A stretch of 64,000 bases of DNA from an uncultured Poribacteria bacterium (lineage in GTDB: Bacteria; Poribacteria; WGA-4E; WGA-3G). The translations under genes were made by a program, and so were the position numbers. Position 1 is the first letter of the stretch. Every line of letters starts with the position of its first letter. Where the stretch lies: NCBI GenBank assembly GCA_958296135.2, contig CATQHZ020000002.1:64001-128000 (forward strand), in the 5' to 3' direction. The notes beneath the pieces were generated by a model. It saw nothing but the letters and a program-made list of their open reading frames with translations. It searched no databases and had not been told where the DNA came from. This document shows, in pieces, positions 38,847-48,633 of the stretch.

Positions 38847-39913
38847 TAGTTAAATTCACTCCCGCCTTTACGCAATAAGTATGCTTCTGAAATGCTTTTA
38901 AAAATAGCTCTTCCAAATGTGGAATTAAGCCGTTCTGGACTCGGTTTAACTACGACTCCTTCTCGCATATTACCACCAAGAGTTGATCTACCATCTGTAT
39001 ATTCCATTAAAATGTCTTTGCTATATGGACCATGATATAGAATTGGAACATAATTAAGTGCCGGATATACTAAATCAAGCAAATATGTTACTTCGCTCAA
39101 TTCTAAGTATTTTCCTTTACCTGGTTGCCCAACATAAATATCAAATACCCGAAAATCATGTTGCATAGTATTATATTGCAAATCCTGAATTCCACGCCCA
39201 TAAATTTCACCAAGAACATAAAATGGAGTTCCAACTGTTACTACGCTATCATTAATTTTATCTCGAATTGCATCTATAGTCGGCTGAATTTTCTTCCAAG
39301 TTTGGCTATAAACATTATCTGGATCTTCTGGATCTAAAACGATTCCTCTACCAGATAATCCTTTACTTGTGACTATTGGAGTTTCTTCTGGATCATCGTT
39401 ATAATATCCACAGCAACACCAAGTGCCATGTAATTTTTCGGTAATTGTGACTATTTCACCATCTTGAAGTTCTCCAGGAAACTTTTTAATATTATGAATT
39501 GGATATGATAGAGTCTTACCATACATTGCACCCAAAGTTCTACCACTCAATTTAGTTGGAATTGGTGGTTCATATTTAATAATACCAAGCTCTTCCATGA
39601 CATCGTCGCCAATGTTCTTGCCTGGCATTGGATAAATTAAACCTTGTGAAAGAACTCCCCGCAACTTAATTGCCTTAACTCGATTCTTCGCCTTCCCAGT
39701 TAGCTTACCAGTTAGATTAAGTTCTTCTAAAAGATCATCTGGAACAATAGAAGCTTCTGGAATGTAAGCTACTGGATCTCCATCTTTGATTGTTCCCTTT
39801 TGAACGATCGATTGATAATCGCCAATGTTACATAATTCAATTCTGTCAGCATTTGGATGTTCACTGATCTTTGCTTCGTAAACTAAAACCTCAAATTCAT
39901 TCATTTTGTGCAC
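38846..39913 (-). CDS. RNA ligase, DRB0094/Rnl5 family
   Basis: HPNADRIE, KLRGVLSQG, TEKLHGT, GEIYG, FDI, REGVVVK, FKSISEAYLL. Confidence 0.9.
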   Translation of the reverse strand: MHKMNEFEVLVYEAKISEHPNADRIELCNIGDYQSIVQKGTIKDGDPVAYIPEASIVPDDLLEELNLTGKLTGKAKNRVKAIKLRGVLSQGLIYPMPGKNIGDDVMEELGIIKYEPPIPTKLSGRTLGAMYGKTLSYPIHNIKKFPGELQDGEIVTITEKLHGTWCCCGYYNDDPEETPIVTSKGLSGRGIVLDPEDPDNVYSQTWKKIQPTIDAIRDKINDSVVTVGTPFYVLGEIYGRGIQDLQYNTMQHDFRVFDIYVGQPGKGKYLELSEVTYLLDLVYPALNYVPILYHGPYSKDILMEYTDGRSTLGGNMREGVVVKPSPERLNSTFGRAIFKSISEAYLLRKGGSEFN

Positions 39914-40000
39914 CTGCCTGCCTTATATGCATTCCAAAAATAAAATAAACTTCTTTGATTTCCATCTGGATGTTGCTTGTAATATAATCGTTTAAATTGC

Positions 40001-40261
40001 TTAAACGTATATGTCTTCATCAGATCGAATTTCATTTTCATCCTCCGCTACATAGTTTTCCTCATAACCCTCAAGCCATATAGTAGCACCACTACAATAT
40101 GGCTTTTCAAAGTCCTGCTTTAATGTCCACGAACCAAAGAGCTCTACTTTCTTCGCATATTTAACTCCCTTATAGGTTCGAATGGCAATACAAGCATCAT
40201 CTCTACCAGTTTTCTTATTGCTCTTCACTATGTGTCTATTAATGTAAATTCTTGCTTTCAT
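40001..40261 (-). CDS. Conserved phage hypothetical protein
   Basis: IYINRHIVKSNKK...SGATIWLE. Confidence 0.6.
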   Translation of the reverse strand: MKARIYINRHIVKSNKKTGRDDACIAIRTYKGVKYAKKVELFGSWTLKQDFEKPYCSGATIWLEGYEENYVAEDENEIRSDEDIYV

Positions 40262-40713
40262 TATAGAAACCTAACAGCGGCAACTATTACAATCGCGACC
40301 GCAACCGGAACCCCAATAGTGATTGCCCAAGCAATCCTACTAGATTTTTTCTCCTCTTTTGCTTCTTCTTTTGTTCTGTATCTAAAAGCAGACCAAAGAT
40401 CAGAATAATATGCTTCGTAATTATCTGGATCGTTTTCCATTTGAATATAAACCGGTGGTATACTATTATCTTCAATCATTCTTAAATACTTACCGTAATC
40501 ATTAAAAGCCCATTCGCGCAACCATCTTTTAACGTTTTGCCTATGCATATCGTTATGGCACCATTGATCCCATTCCTTTTGAACTTCTATTTCTTTTCGC
40601 AAATATGCCCAACGATCTGCTTCAGCCTTATTAACTCTTTCTTGCTCAATTAGAATTTTAATTTTCGCTCTAATTTCTTCGTCTGTAAGATGACTTGTGT
40701 TTAAGTTACTCAT
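40261..40713 (-). CDS. Hypothetical protein with C-terminal TM anchor
   Basis: IAWAITIGVPVAVAIVIVAAV. Confidence 0.6.
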   Translation of the reverse strand: MSNLNTSHLTDEEIRAKIKILIEQERVNKAEADRWAYLRKEIEVQKEWDQWCHNDMHRQNVKRWLREWAFNDYGKYLRMIEDNSIPPVYIQMENDPDNYEAYYSDLWSAFRYRTKEEAKEEKKSSRIAWAITIGVPVAVAIVIVAAVRFL

Positions 40714-40714
40714 T

Positions 40715-40930
40715 TTAAACTCCTTCCACTTTATCTAGTGGAGCCCTTACAATAGCACCTGTTTGCGGAATTAAAACCTCCATTATTTCAGCAACTCCAA
40801 AGTCAGATTGATCTACAAGAATTCTTTTCATTTTTCCAACTACAGATTTGCCACTAATATAGTTAATTCTAACTGTATCATTTTCCGAAAAGTTTTTGTA
40901 ATGAACATACTTCTTCATTGTGACCTCCAT
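40715..40930 (-). CDS. Small SH3-like hypothetical protein
   Basis: Beta-rich 71-aa ORF. Confidence 0.45.
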   Translation of the reverse strand: MEVTMKKYVHYKNFSENDTVRINYISGKSVVGKMKRILVDQSDFGVAEIMEVLIPQTGAIVRAPLDKVEGV

Positions 40931-41415
40931 TATCGAATCGAAAGTCGAAATCCCTTTTCTATGAAGACTCCATCTGGCACTTCACCAGTCGCTTTAATGT
41001 AATCCTTAATAGCCGCCTTAGATACTTCCACTTTCACTTTCTTAAAATCATCCGATACTAATCCGTCGTTTTCAACTACGATCTTACCTGGTTTTTGAGC
41101 TGTTCCAATAGTAAAATGCCCAACGCGCTTCTTATGTTCGCTATTATCCATTAGATCCATTACAATCTGTTTTCGTAAATATTCTACGCTCTTTTGTGCT
41201 CGATGCTTCTTATCCCTGAACTCTCGTTCCGCTTCAGCAAATACTTCAATATCAGATTCCAAATTCTTAACAATTTTAACATATTCTTCCAATAGAACTT
41301 CTCGATCTTCTTTGATTTGCTTTAATTCAGTCTCTTGATCTTCGCTTAGTCCTGTCATTTCAGCCTGATCTTGTATCCATCGCACATTTTCTCTGATGTC
41401 GTATAATGTTGCCAT
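40930..41415 (-). CDS. Siphovirus Gp157-family protein
   Basis: MATLYDI...IVKNLESD...SKAAIKDYIKATGEVPDGV...LSIR; start after AAGGAG. Confidence 0.8.
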   Translation of the reverse strand: MATLYDIRENVRWIQDQAEMTGLSEDQETELKQIKEDREVLLEEYVKIVKNLESDIEVFAEAEREFRDKKHRAQKSVEYLRKQIVMDLMDNSEHKKRVGHFTIGTAQKPGKIVVENDGLVSDDFKKVKVEVSKAAIKDYIKATGEVPDGVFIEKGFRLSIR

Positions 41416-41437
41416 GATTAAACTCCTTGATTTTAAA

Positions 41438-42142
41438 CTAAACTCCGCGCTTGGTCCCCCAGAGCCGAGTATGCAGTCTATCCGAATATCGAAATCCATG
41501 TGCCATACACAATTCAACTAACCATAATTGCTTATCTTCAACTTCTTTTGCTGTTCTTCCTTCTGGCATCAATAAGACATTACGATTACTATATTGCCTT
41601 AAACTTCCCAGAATATCTTGAATCTCTTCAAGCTCGCTCCCATCTACTACGACAAACTTAAGCTGATAATCCCGAAGATTATTATGAGTGCAACGACTAA
41701 TAAATTCATCGATCACATCAATCTTAACTCGTTCTCGATCATGTTTCTTCGCCCACTTCGGATCGCGATCATATGGAGTTGAACTTTCTAACTTTGGACT
41801 CATCGACATTAAATCAAATTCAACTTCCTCAAAGATCGTAGCATTTGTTTCAATCGTAATATGATAGCCGTCATACCAAAGTTGGTCACAAAGAAATCTT
41901 AATTCTTTTTTCCATACGAATGGTTCGCCACCAGTAATAACTACGTTCTTACAGCCATACTCTTCAATCATGTTGACTGCTTGTTCTACTGTGACCTCTT
42001 TATTTTCCGGCTTCCAACTAGTATATGGCGTATCGCACCAATGACATCTTAAGTTGCAGTGAGAAACCCGAAAAAATACGCTTGGTAGACCTGTCTTAAT
42101 TCCTTCACCTTGAATCGAGTAGAAAATTTCTGACATCTTCAT
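41438..42142 (-). CDS. queE: 7-carboxy-7-deazaguanine synthase (radical SAM)
   Basis: EIFYSIQGEG, CNLRCHWCDT, ITGGEP, IETN, SPK, RLH. Confidence 0.96.
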   Translation of the reverse strand: MKMSEIFYSIQGEGIKTGLPSVFFRVSHCNLRCHWCDTPYTSWKPENKEVTVEQAVNMIEEYGCKNVVITGGEPFVWKKELRFLCDQLWYDGYHITIETNATIFEEVEFDLMSMSPKLESSTPYDRDPKWAKKHDRERVKIDVIDEFISRCTHNNLRDYQLKFVVVDGSELEEIQDILGSLRQYSNRNVLLMPEGRTAKEVEDKQLWLVELCMAHGFRYSDRLHTRLWGTKRGV

Positions 42143-42918
42143 AATTTATTATCCTCTAATAGATTTATTTGACCAGATTTTTTATCTTGTTCTAATCTTC
42201 TTTTATGAAATTCTTCTTTAACTCTTCTGCTAATTTCTTTTCTTGTTTCAATGGAATGATTTTTATTATACATTCCATTATTTTCACCGCTAACTAAATA
42301 TCCTTTACCATACATCGGATTAGATTTTCCGGTTCTGCCATACATTGGGTGGTTTTTACCTTGAAGGCTTGGTCTTGGTCCACGTAATTTTTCTTTATGA
42401 TCTTCAGACAACGATTTATTCTTATTCCAAGCAACTTGCCCTCGTCTTCCATAATTTGGATGATCTTTACCAGTTTTCCCATATAAAGGACTATTTTTCC
42501 CTTGCAAATGCGGTCTCGGACCACGAGCATTTGGTCTTGGACCACGAAGTTTTTCTTTAACCTCTTCCGACCATGGTTTATTCTTATTCCAAGGTTCTTT
42601 TCCATAAGTTGGATGATCTTCTCCACAAGGAAATCCTTCGCCGCCAATAGTTAAATTATATCCAAACCCTTTATATGTATTAAGAGATGCTATTGTTCGT
42701 ATTTCTAAATCTGATAGCATCCATTCTGGTATATTATCATAAAGAATTTCCCAACCGAAATTATTAGATCCATATTTTTGTATTGCTGAATCTATTCCAA
42801 TTTTCAAATTACTTCTAAAATGTTCCCGAATTCGATCTTTTATATTTCTAGCAGTTTTCCCAATATATGATTTTTGGTTACTTATTTTATAGATTCTATA
42901 AATACATCCATATTTCAT
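42139..42918 (-). mobile_element. Free-standing GIY-YIG homing endonuclease with NUMOD3 repeats
   Basis: GCIYRI...SYIGKT, GYNLTIGG, repeated NPMYGK/PWNK units; sits between dnaN and queE; hairpin next to SD. Confidence 0.85.
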
Positions 42919-42961
42919 AATTAATTCTCCTTTATGGGTAGGGCTAAACCCTACCATTATG

Positions 42962-44074
42962 TTATGCAGATAAAAGAGCGATCGTATAGATCTGATTCTC
43001 TTTATCAGGACATTTTAAAGTAATTCTAAGATTATCTGGTGACATTAAAATCATAACTTCTTCGCAATCTAAATGATTTAAAACTCCAGACAAAAACTTC
43101 GCATTAATTTTAAAATCGATAGCTTCTGTTTTACTAGAAATATCTACAGACTCGTGACCATCATATTCCAGGTTGTTCTGAGCTGTAATATCTAAAGTAT
43201 TTTCTTCTTCGTTAACCGAAAGATCAATCCCATAACTATCATCTCGAGCAAATAACCCAATTCTTTGAATTGCTCTTAATAGTTGATCTTTATTTGCGAG
43301 TACCGCTTTTCCATTCTCGAAGTTAATAATCGCCCAGTAATTTGGATAACCTTCATCGCCTAGTTCGATTTTTCTAGACGAAAACTGATATGTATTAGTA
43401 AAGAATACTAAGTAATTATTTTCCACAAAGACAAAGATGTCTTCATCATCAGAAAATACCTTTTTAATTTCCTGACAAGACTTCAATGGAATTACCATTT
43501 GCTCTATTTCTTTATCAATTTTAGTTTGATATGTAGCTACAGCAAACATTCTTCCATCGCAACCAGCAAACTCGATTTTATCACTGTAAAACGTAAGAGA
43601 AACCCCATGAAGCCGATATCGAACTTCTTCAGTTGATGCTGCAAAATCAGTATCGATCAGAGCCGCTTTTAAATTTCCAGCCGGAATAATAAAATCAACT
43701 TCTTCTTCATTTACTTCTGGCATTCTAGGAAATTCGTCAGCCTCTAGTCCGCCAAAAGAATATTTACCTTTACCACTTAATACCTGCAATCGATCAGTAG
43801 TCGTAGTTCTTAAATCTACTTCTTTTGCGTCCAAAGACTTAATTAGATTTGCTAACTTTTTACAATTAACTGTAATTTTACCCCGTTCCTCAGTTTTGCC
43901 ATCAACTAAAATTCTTGTTGATATTTCTCCATTAGTCGCTGTGCAATATAATCCATGATCAACAGCATCTAAAAGAACGTTTTGCAGAATTGGAGTCGTC
44001 GTTCTATTTGGAGTAACAGATTGCAACTTCTGTAACGCTTGTGCCAATTCTTTTTGCTTTATAGTAATTTTCAT
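42962..44074 (-). CDS. dnaN: DNA polymerase III beta sliding clamp
   Basis: TPILQNVLL, ATNGE, ADEFP, FAASTEEVRYRLHGV, CDGR, YPNY, INAKFL; 370 aa. Confidence 0.93.
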   Translation of the reverse strand: MKITIKQKELAQALQKLQSVTPNRTTTPILQNVLLDAVDHGLYCTATNGEISTRILVDGKTEERGKITVNCKKLANLIKSLDAKEVDLRTTTTDRLQVLSGKGKYSFGGLEADEFPRMPEVNEEEVDFIIPAGNLKAALIDTDFAASTEEVRYRLHGVSLTFYSDKIEFAGCDGRMFAVATYQTKIDKEIEQMVIPLKSCQEIKKVFSDDEDIFVFVENNYLVFFTNTYQFSSRKIELGDEGYPNYWAIINFENGKAVLANKDQLLRAIQRIGLFARDDSYGIDLSVNEEENTLDITAQNNLEYDGHESVDISSKTEAIDFKINAKFLSGVLNHLDCEEVMILMSPDNLRITLKCPDKENQIYTIALLSA

Positions 44075-44460
44075 TCCTTTTCTTTTTCCTCCACCAGTTT
44101 CTCTAATTGATTATTCATATTTCCAGTTATAATATTAAATACATCAACCATAATATCGTCTACTTCATATTCTTCAAAATCGCCATCAAGCTCCAATAGA
44201 ACTGTTTCGCGTTCGGCTTCATAACGCTCATACGCTTCCTTATACGCATCGTAACATAGCTCCCGACACTCAGCTTCCGCAACTTCAGATAACTCGATTT
44301 TATCTTCAACTTCAGGCGAAACATCTAAATGATCCGACCAAAAACATTCTACAGCCGACGCAAGAAATTCGTGATAAAGATCATCGCTCCAAGCGCTAGC
44401 ATAATCATCAGCATTGTATCCTTTCTCTATACAATATCCAATATTCCTTAACATGATCAA
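44071..44460 (-). CDS. Highly acidic hypothetical protein
   Basis: First gene after class B copy 6, coupled to dnaN. Confidence 0.55.
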   Translation of the reverse strand: MIMLRNIGYCIEKGYNADDYASAWSDDLYHEFLASAVECFWSDHLDVSPEVEDKIELSEVAEAECRELCYDAYKEAYERYEAERETVLLELDGDFEEYEVDDIMVDVFNIITGNMNNQLEKLVEEKEKE

Positions 44461-44487
44461 TTCCTCCTTGGCTTTGCTCTATATTTT

Positions 44488-44522
44488 TAAAATATTAAAT
44501 TTTCAACCCAATTTAAATCCAA
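44488..44522 (-). promoter_or_regulatory. Class B promoter motif, copy 6
   Basis: Consensus match. Confidence 0.8.
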
Positions 44523-44551
44523 CGAAATTAACTTTCGTTAATCATATTTTC

Positions 44552-44944
44552 CTAAAACATAAAATGGAGTTGGACCGGTTCTCTTTTTGGAGGTTCATAG
44601 ACACCCAAAATTCTTTCATATTTATTGATTAGTTTCATAAAGAAATCAGATTCGTCGCCAAAAAATTCTTGAACTTTAGCGCACCAGTCCGCCCTCTCTG
44701 AAAATTCATCAGTCAAAGAATTATAGATTTCTTTTAGTTGATTAGCTTGTTCTTTTTCATCAATCTTTTCGTATTCTACTATAACATCAGCAACATAATT
44801 TTGCAAATACTCTATATTTGCATAAGTATCATAACTTGGCTCATCAGCATTGACAAGCCAAAACATTTCATTTCTAGCATAAGCGATCTTTTGCTTCATT
44901 CTAGCATTATGTAATGCTGTTTTTACTGCACTATTCCAATCCAT
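44552..44944 (-). CDS. Hypothetical protein with C-terminal clamp-binding-like QLHFMF
   Basis: 130-aa ORF. Confidence 0.55.
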   Translation of the reverse strand: MDWNSAVKTALHNARMKQKIAYARNEMFWLVNADEPSYDTYANIEYLQNYVADVIVEYEKIDEKEQANQLKEIYNSLTDEFSERADWCAKVQEFFGDESDFFMKLINKYERILGVYEPPKREPVQLHFMF

Positions 44945-45593
44945 GATCTAACCCCCATGCTTGATTTACAATTTTCCACGCTTTATTTTCGTCCAGCATG
45001 ATTATATTTCTTTCGTCAGTCATTAATGTATGAAGCTCTTTAATGTCTAATTGACGTTTTGCGTCGCCTTCGCCACTGCAATCATATACATTTGCTCTTA
45101 AATCGTTTATTAGCGACCAAATCTTTTTATGTAAGTAATCCACATAAACGTTGTATCGCGTATCTACCGGAACATCCTTAGCATCCAGTTTGCTTTCAAG
45201 AGTAAATAACTCAATTGGTTGCAATTCTTTATTTTCTTTCGCCTTACGATCAATAATCTTATCTAGAATTTCAATCTTAACTTTCCTAAACTCAGATTCT
45301 TTAACTTTTTCCCAATCTAGTTCGTTTGGCTGATAATGTTTATATCTTTTTTCCTCATCCAAATAATAGTTCCTTTGAATTTCTGCTAGCTCCCAAACGG
45401 CGCACGAGCTAATTTTTCCATTATCTTCTAATTCAAATAGAACGTTCGATACGCATTCTTCAACCTTATCGAATGCCCATTTATGAGTATCCGAACCGGT
45501 TTGAATTTGATGAACGCAATCGCTTACGTTTTTCTCTATGATCTTCTGAACTGTACGAGACGCTTCTACCCATGTGGTCGGTTTATTACTCAT
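44931..45593 (-). CDS. Hypothetical protein (tandem paralog of 45590-46396)
   Basis: Shared YQPNELDWE...ELQPIELF...LMTDERNIIMLDENKAWKIVN. Confidence 0.7.
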   Translation of the reverse strand: MSNKPTTWVEASRTVQKIIEKNVSDCVHQIQTGSDTHKWAFDKVEECVSNVLFELEDNGKISSCAVWELAEIQRNYYLDEEKRYKHYQPNELDWEKVKESEFRKVKIEILDKIIDRKAKENKELQPIELFTLESKLDAKDVPVDTRYNVYVDYLHKKIWSLINDLRANVYDCSGEGDAKRQLDIKELHTLMTDERNIIMLDENKAWKIVNQAWGLDHGLE

Positions 45594-46396
45594 TGATTAT
45601 GCCCCCATGCTTTATTTACAATTTTCCATGCTTTATTTTCGTCTAACATTATTATATTTCTTTCGTCAGTCATTAATTGGTGCAATTTTTCAATATTCCT
45701 TTGGCGTCTCATAACAGTATCATGACCATATTTATATGTTTCTGCCTTTAGATCGTTTATTAGCAACCAAATTTTCTTATGTAAGTAGTCCACATAAAGA
45801 TTATAGCGCGTATCCACTGGAATATCCTTCGCATCCATATTGCTTTCAAGAGCAAATAGTTCTATTGGCTGTAATTCTTTTTTAGAATTTGGTTTGCGCT
45901 CAATAATCTTATCTAGAATTTTAATCTTAACTTTCCTAAACTCAGATTCTTTAATTTCTTCCCAATCTAGTTCGTTTGGTTGGTAATTTAAATATTCCGA
46001 TTCTTGATCTTTATAGAATTCCTTTTGAACGCTTTCTTGATCTTTATAGAATTCCTTTTGAACGCTAGCTAGCTCCCAAACTTTTAGATTTGCATCTTCT
46101 AACCTGAATAAAATATTATATACGCATTCTTTAACTTTAATAAATACCCATCTGCGAGTATCTGGACCAGTCTCAATTTGATGAACCAAATCACTTATTT
46201 GCTTCTTTATAATATCTTGAATTACAGTTAGGTTTGCATCTTTTAACTCGAATAAAATATTAGATACGCATTCTTCAACTTCTTCGCCAGCATCTGAACC
46301 ATACCGAATTCGCTTAACGCAATTACGTATTTGCTTCTTTATAATATCTTGAATTGCCGGAGATGTTCCTAACCAAGCTATTGGTTTATTACTCAT
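45590..46396 (-). CDS. Hypothetical protein (tandem paralog, with internal duplications)
   Basis: Start MSNKP by alignment; SVQKEFYKDQE twice; IQDIIKKQI twice. Confidence 0.7.
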   Translation of the reverse strand: MSNKPIAWLGTSPAIQDIIKKQIRNCVKRIRYGSDAGEEVEECVSNILFELKDANLTVIQDIIKKQISDLVHQIETGPDTRRWVFIKVKECVYNILFRLEDANLKVWELASVQKEFYKDQESVQKEFYKDQESEYLNYQPNELDWEEIKESEFRKVKIKILDKIIERKPNSKKELQPIELFALESNMDAKDIPVDTRYNLYVDYLHKKIWLLINDLKAETYKYGHDTVMRRQRNIEKLHQLMTDERNIIMLDENKAWKIVNKAWGHNQ

Positions 46397-46409
46397 TATG
46401 GACCTCATT

Positions 46410-46446
46410 AAAAAGCCCCTTGAATGCAATTAAGATTCAAGAGGCT
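46410..46446 (-). terminator. Intrinsic terminator after ssb
   Basis: AGCCTCTTGAAT-loop-ATTCAAGGGGCT followed by TTTT. Confidence 0.65.
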
Positions 46447-46457
46447 ATTATTATTAG

Positions 46458-46862
46458 TTAAAACGGAATATCGTCTTCGTTTTCTTCATCGTCATCATCG
46501 TCACGATCTTCACGCAATTTATCATTATCAGCTTTGCTACCAGTAAATGCAAACGAAAACACATTTACTTTGTGTCTACTCTGCTTACCTCGTTCCTCGT
46601 CTTCCCATGTGTCAAGCTGAAGTTTTCCATTAACCAGAATCTGTTGACCTTTCACAAAATGTTCACCGATTATTTCGCCCGTCTTGTTCCAAGCGACACA
46701 ATCCATAAACATCGGCTTATCGACTACTTCCCCGTCACGATTAGTATATCGCTCGTTACAAGCTACACTAAAATTACATACTGCCGTTCCGTTATCGCCC
46801 AGAAACTTTACTTCTGGATCTCGTGTCAAATTACCCAACAATGTCACATTATTAAAACTCAT
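46458..46862 (-). CDS. ssb: Single-stranded DNA-binding protein
   Basis: NNVTLLGNLTRDPE, CVAW, KGQQILVNGKL, acidic tail DDIPF. Confidence 0.96.
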   Translation of the reverse strand: MSFNNVTLLGNLTRDPEVKFLGDNGTAVCNFSVACNERYTNRDGEVVDKPMFMDCVAWNKTGEIIGEHFVKGQQILVNGKLQLDTWEDEERGKQSRHKVNVFSFAFTGSKADNDKLREDRDDDDDEENEDDIPF

Positions 46863-46876
46863 TTTCTTGCTCCCTT

Positions 46877-47176
46877 TTATCGAACTACTGCGTATGGCGG
46901 ATGCCGAAATGCCCATTGCACTCGTTGACCACCATCTAAATCATCATCATAAACCGAAAAATATACTCGCCATTTCGTCCAGATTTCAAAAGTTCTACCT
47001 GGTTCCTCTTGTTCTATGTGAATAAAATCTTCTGAAGTTTCACCAGTAACTTCCAACAATTGTTTTAATTGCTCGATGGCCTCTTCCATGAAGACATAGT
47101 CCTCATCATCGAGTTCATCGAACTCTTCATCAGATATAGAATATTGGTTCTCATACAAAAATTCTTCCCAATCCAT
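46877..47176 (-). CDS. Acidic hypothetical protein
   Basis: First gene after class B copy 7. Confidence 0.55.
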   Translation of the reverse strand: MDWEEFLYENQYSISDEEFDELDDEDYVFMEEAIEQLKQLLEVTGETSEDFIHIEQEEPGRTFEIWTKWRVYFSVYDDDLDGGQRVQWAFRHPPYAVVR

Positions 47177-47193
47177 AATTGACCTCCTATAAT

Positions 47194-47228
47194 TAAAATA
47201 TTAAATTTTCAACCAAATTTAAATCCAA
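47194..47228 (-). promoter_or_regulatory. Class B promoter motif, copy 7
   Basis: Consensus match. Confidence 0.8.
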
Positions 47229-47244
47229 GGAAATGGGGGAGCAT

Positions 47245-47460
47245 TTAAGCTCCCTTTTGTAGATGTTGTCTAATATCTTCTTTAATGAATTCATAATGAA
47301 GAATATTATTTTCTCTTCTACATTCTGGACAATTAAAGAGATAATCTTCAGGCTTGCTCCAATACATGCGATTATACCAAATATTATGTTGCGGACATCT
47401 TAAATATTGAATTCTATCGTCATCTGTATCTGACTTACAGCTTAAGACATTGAGTTCCAT
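47245..47460 (-). CDS. Small zinc-finger protein
   Basis: CPQH...CPEC. Confidence 0.5.
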   Translation of the reverse strand: MELNVLSCKSDTDDDRIQYLRCPQHNIWYNRMYWSKPEDYLFNCPECRRENNILHYEFIKEDIRQHLQKGA

Positions 47461-47731
47461 CTGGCATCTCCAATCTGTAGTATAAAGTATTAGTTTCTTT
47501 ATCTAGATAAGTTTCAAGAACCTCTTCTAGAACAAGATAATTTAGAGCGTCATTATATTCCCACATAATTCCAACTTCTGCCATTTTTAAATATCTAGCA
47601 ACTTTTGGCTGTAGATCAGCAGCAGAAACCCAATCGTTTTCTTCAAACAAAAGACGCTTAATATGATGTGCCATTTCAGGCACATTAATACTAAAGCCAT
47701 ACATGATAAGTCTCCTATCCAGTCGAACCAA
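47435..47731 (-). CDS. Possible winged-helix protein
   Basis: ALNYLVLEEVLE...YYRL. Confidence 0.45.
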   Translation of the reverse strand: MVRLDRRLIMYGFSINVPEMAHHIKRLLFEENDWVSAADLQPKVARYLKMAEVGIMWEYNDALNYLVLEEVLETYLDKETNTLYYRLEMPDGTQCLKL

Positions 47732-48173
47732 ACCCGCCTCGAGATTTATGAAACCTACTTAAGTTTTCTAGATCTTCATCGTCACATTCCTTCCAGCAGT
47801 CAACAACCCCAACTTTGTAAAATACTCCTTGAGCCAACCTTGTTCCAGCAGGAATAGTCACAGAAGTAGATTTGAAGTTGAAGTTAAGCACTTGAATTTT
47901 AATTTCATCCTCTGGACCGCAATAATCTTGATCAATGATGCCAACTCCTTGTGGCATCATTATTCCCCATTTTCTTGGCGCGCTACTTCTTAGTGCAACC
48001 ATTAACATATAACCTGCCGGAACCTGAATAACATTATTTGCTGGAATTAAAGCAATTTCACCAGCCAAAATAGTTACTTTTTCCCGAGTGACAAAATCAA
48101 ATCCAACAGATCCGTTTGTTTGGTATTTTGGAAGTCCGTAATCTTTATTTATTCTCTTGATTGGTACAAACAT
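47715..48173 (-). CDS. dut: dUTPase (trimeric type)
   Basis: SVGFD, LRSS, GIIDQDYCG, RLAQG, SRGGFGSTG. Confidence 0.95.
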   Translation of the reverse strand: MFVPIKRINKDYGLPKYQTNGSVGFDFVTREKVTILAGEIALIPANNVIQVPAGYMLMVALRSSAPRKWGIMMPQGVGIIDQDYCGPEDEIKIQVLNFNFKSTSVTIPAGTRLAQGVFYKVGVVDCWKECDDEDLENLSRFHKSRGGFGSTG

Positions 48174-48633
48174 CTTTAACCTCAACTTTCTTAAGAATTG
48201 GATTCATCTTCAATACACGCCGCACTTGATTAGTAGTTAAACCAACTGCCACCAACCGAGCAATTCGGCTTGGCAACATTCCACCATTATATTTTTCGTA
48301 AACGAAGTCGATTGGAACAAATCGTTTTAGTGCATGTTTAACATCTCGTACTGTTGTTCCTAAACTGGATGCAATATCTCGTTCTGACATTCCATCCCAA
48401 TACAGATTTAGCAACAATTCACGATTATCCTTCAAATACTCTTGATGAATACTATCATTTTTTGGTTTCGGTACCGGTTTCAAATTAACTTTCGAATCTT
48501 CTGTCGGTTCTGGTTCATCTTCACCATGATAATGGTTAATCCGATCCAAAATACGACCTACCGCTTGTGCAATTTCAACGCAAATAAAATCGTTCAAAGC
48601 ATCGTTAACTACAAATTTTCTGTTCGCTGTCAT
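48145..48633 (-). CDS. HTH DNA-binding protein
   Basis: GMSERDIASSLGTTVRDVKHALKR plus a second HTH-like repeat. Confidence 0.6.
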   Translation of the reverse strand: MTANRKFVVNDALNDFICVEIAQAVGRILDRINHYHGEDEPEPTEDSKVNLKPVPKPKNDSIHQEYLKDNRELLLNLYWDGMSERDIASSLGTTVRDVKHALKRFVPIDFVYEKYNGGMLPSRIARLVAVGLTTNQVRRVLKMNPILKKVEVKDVCTNQENK

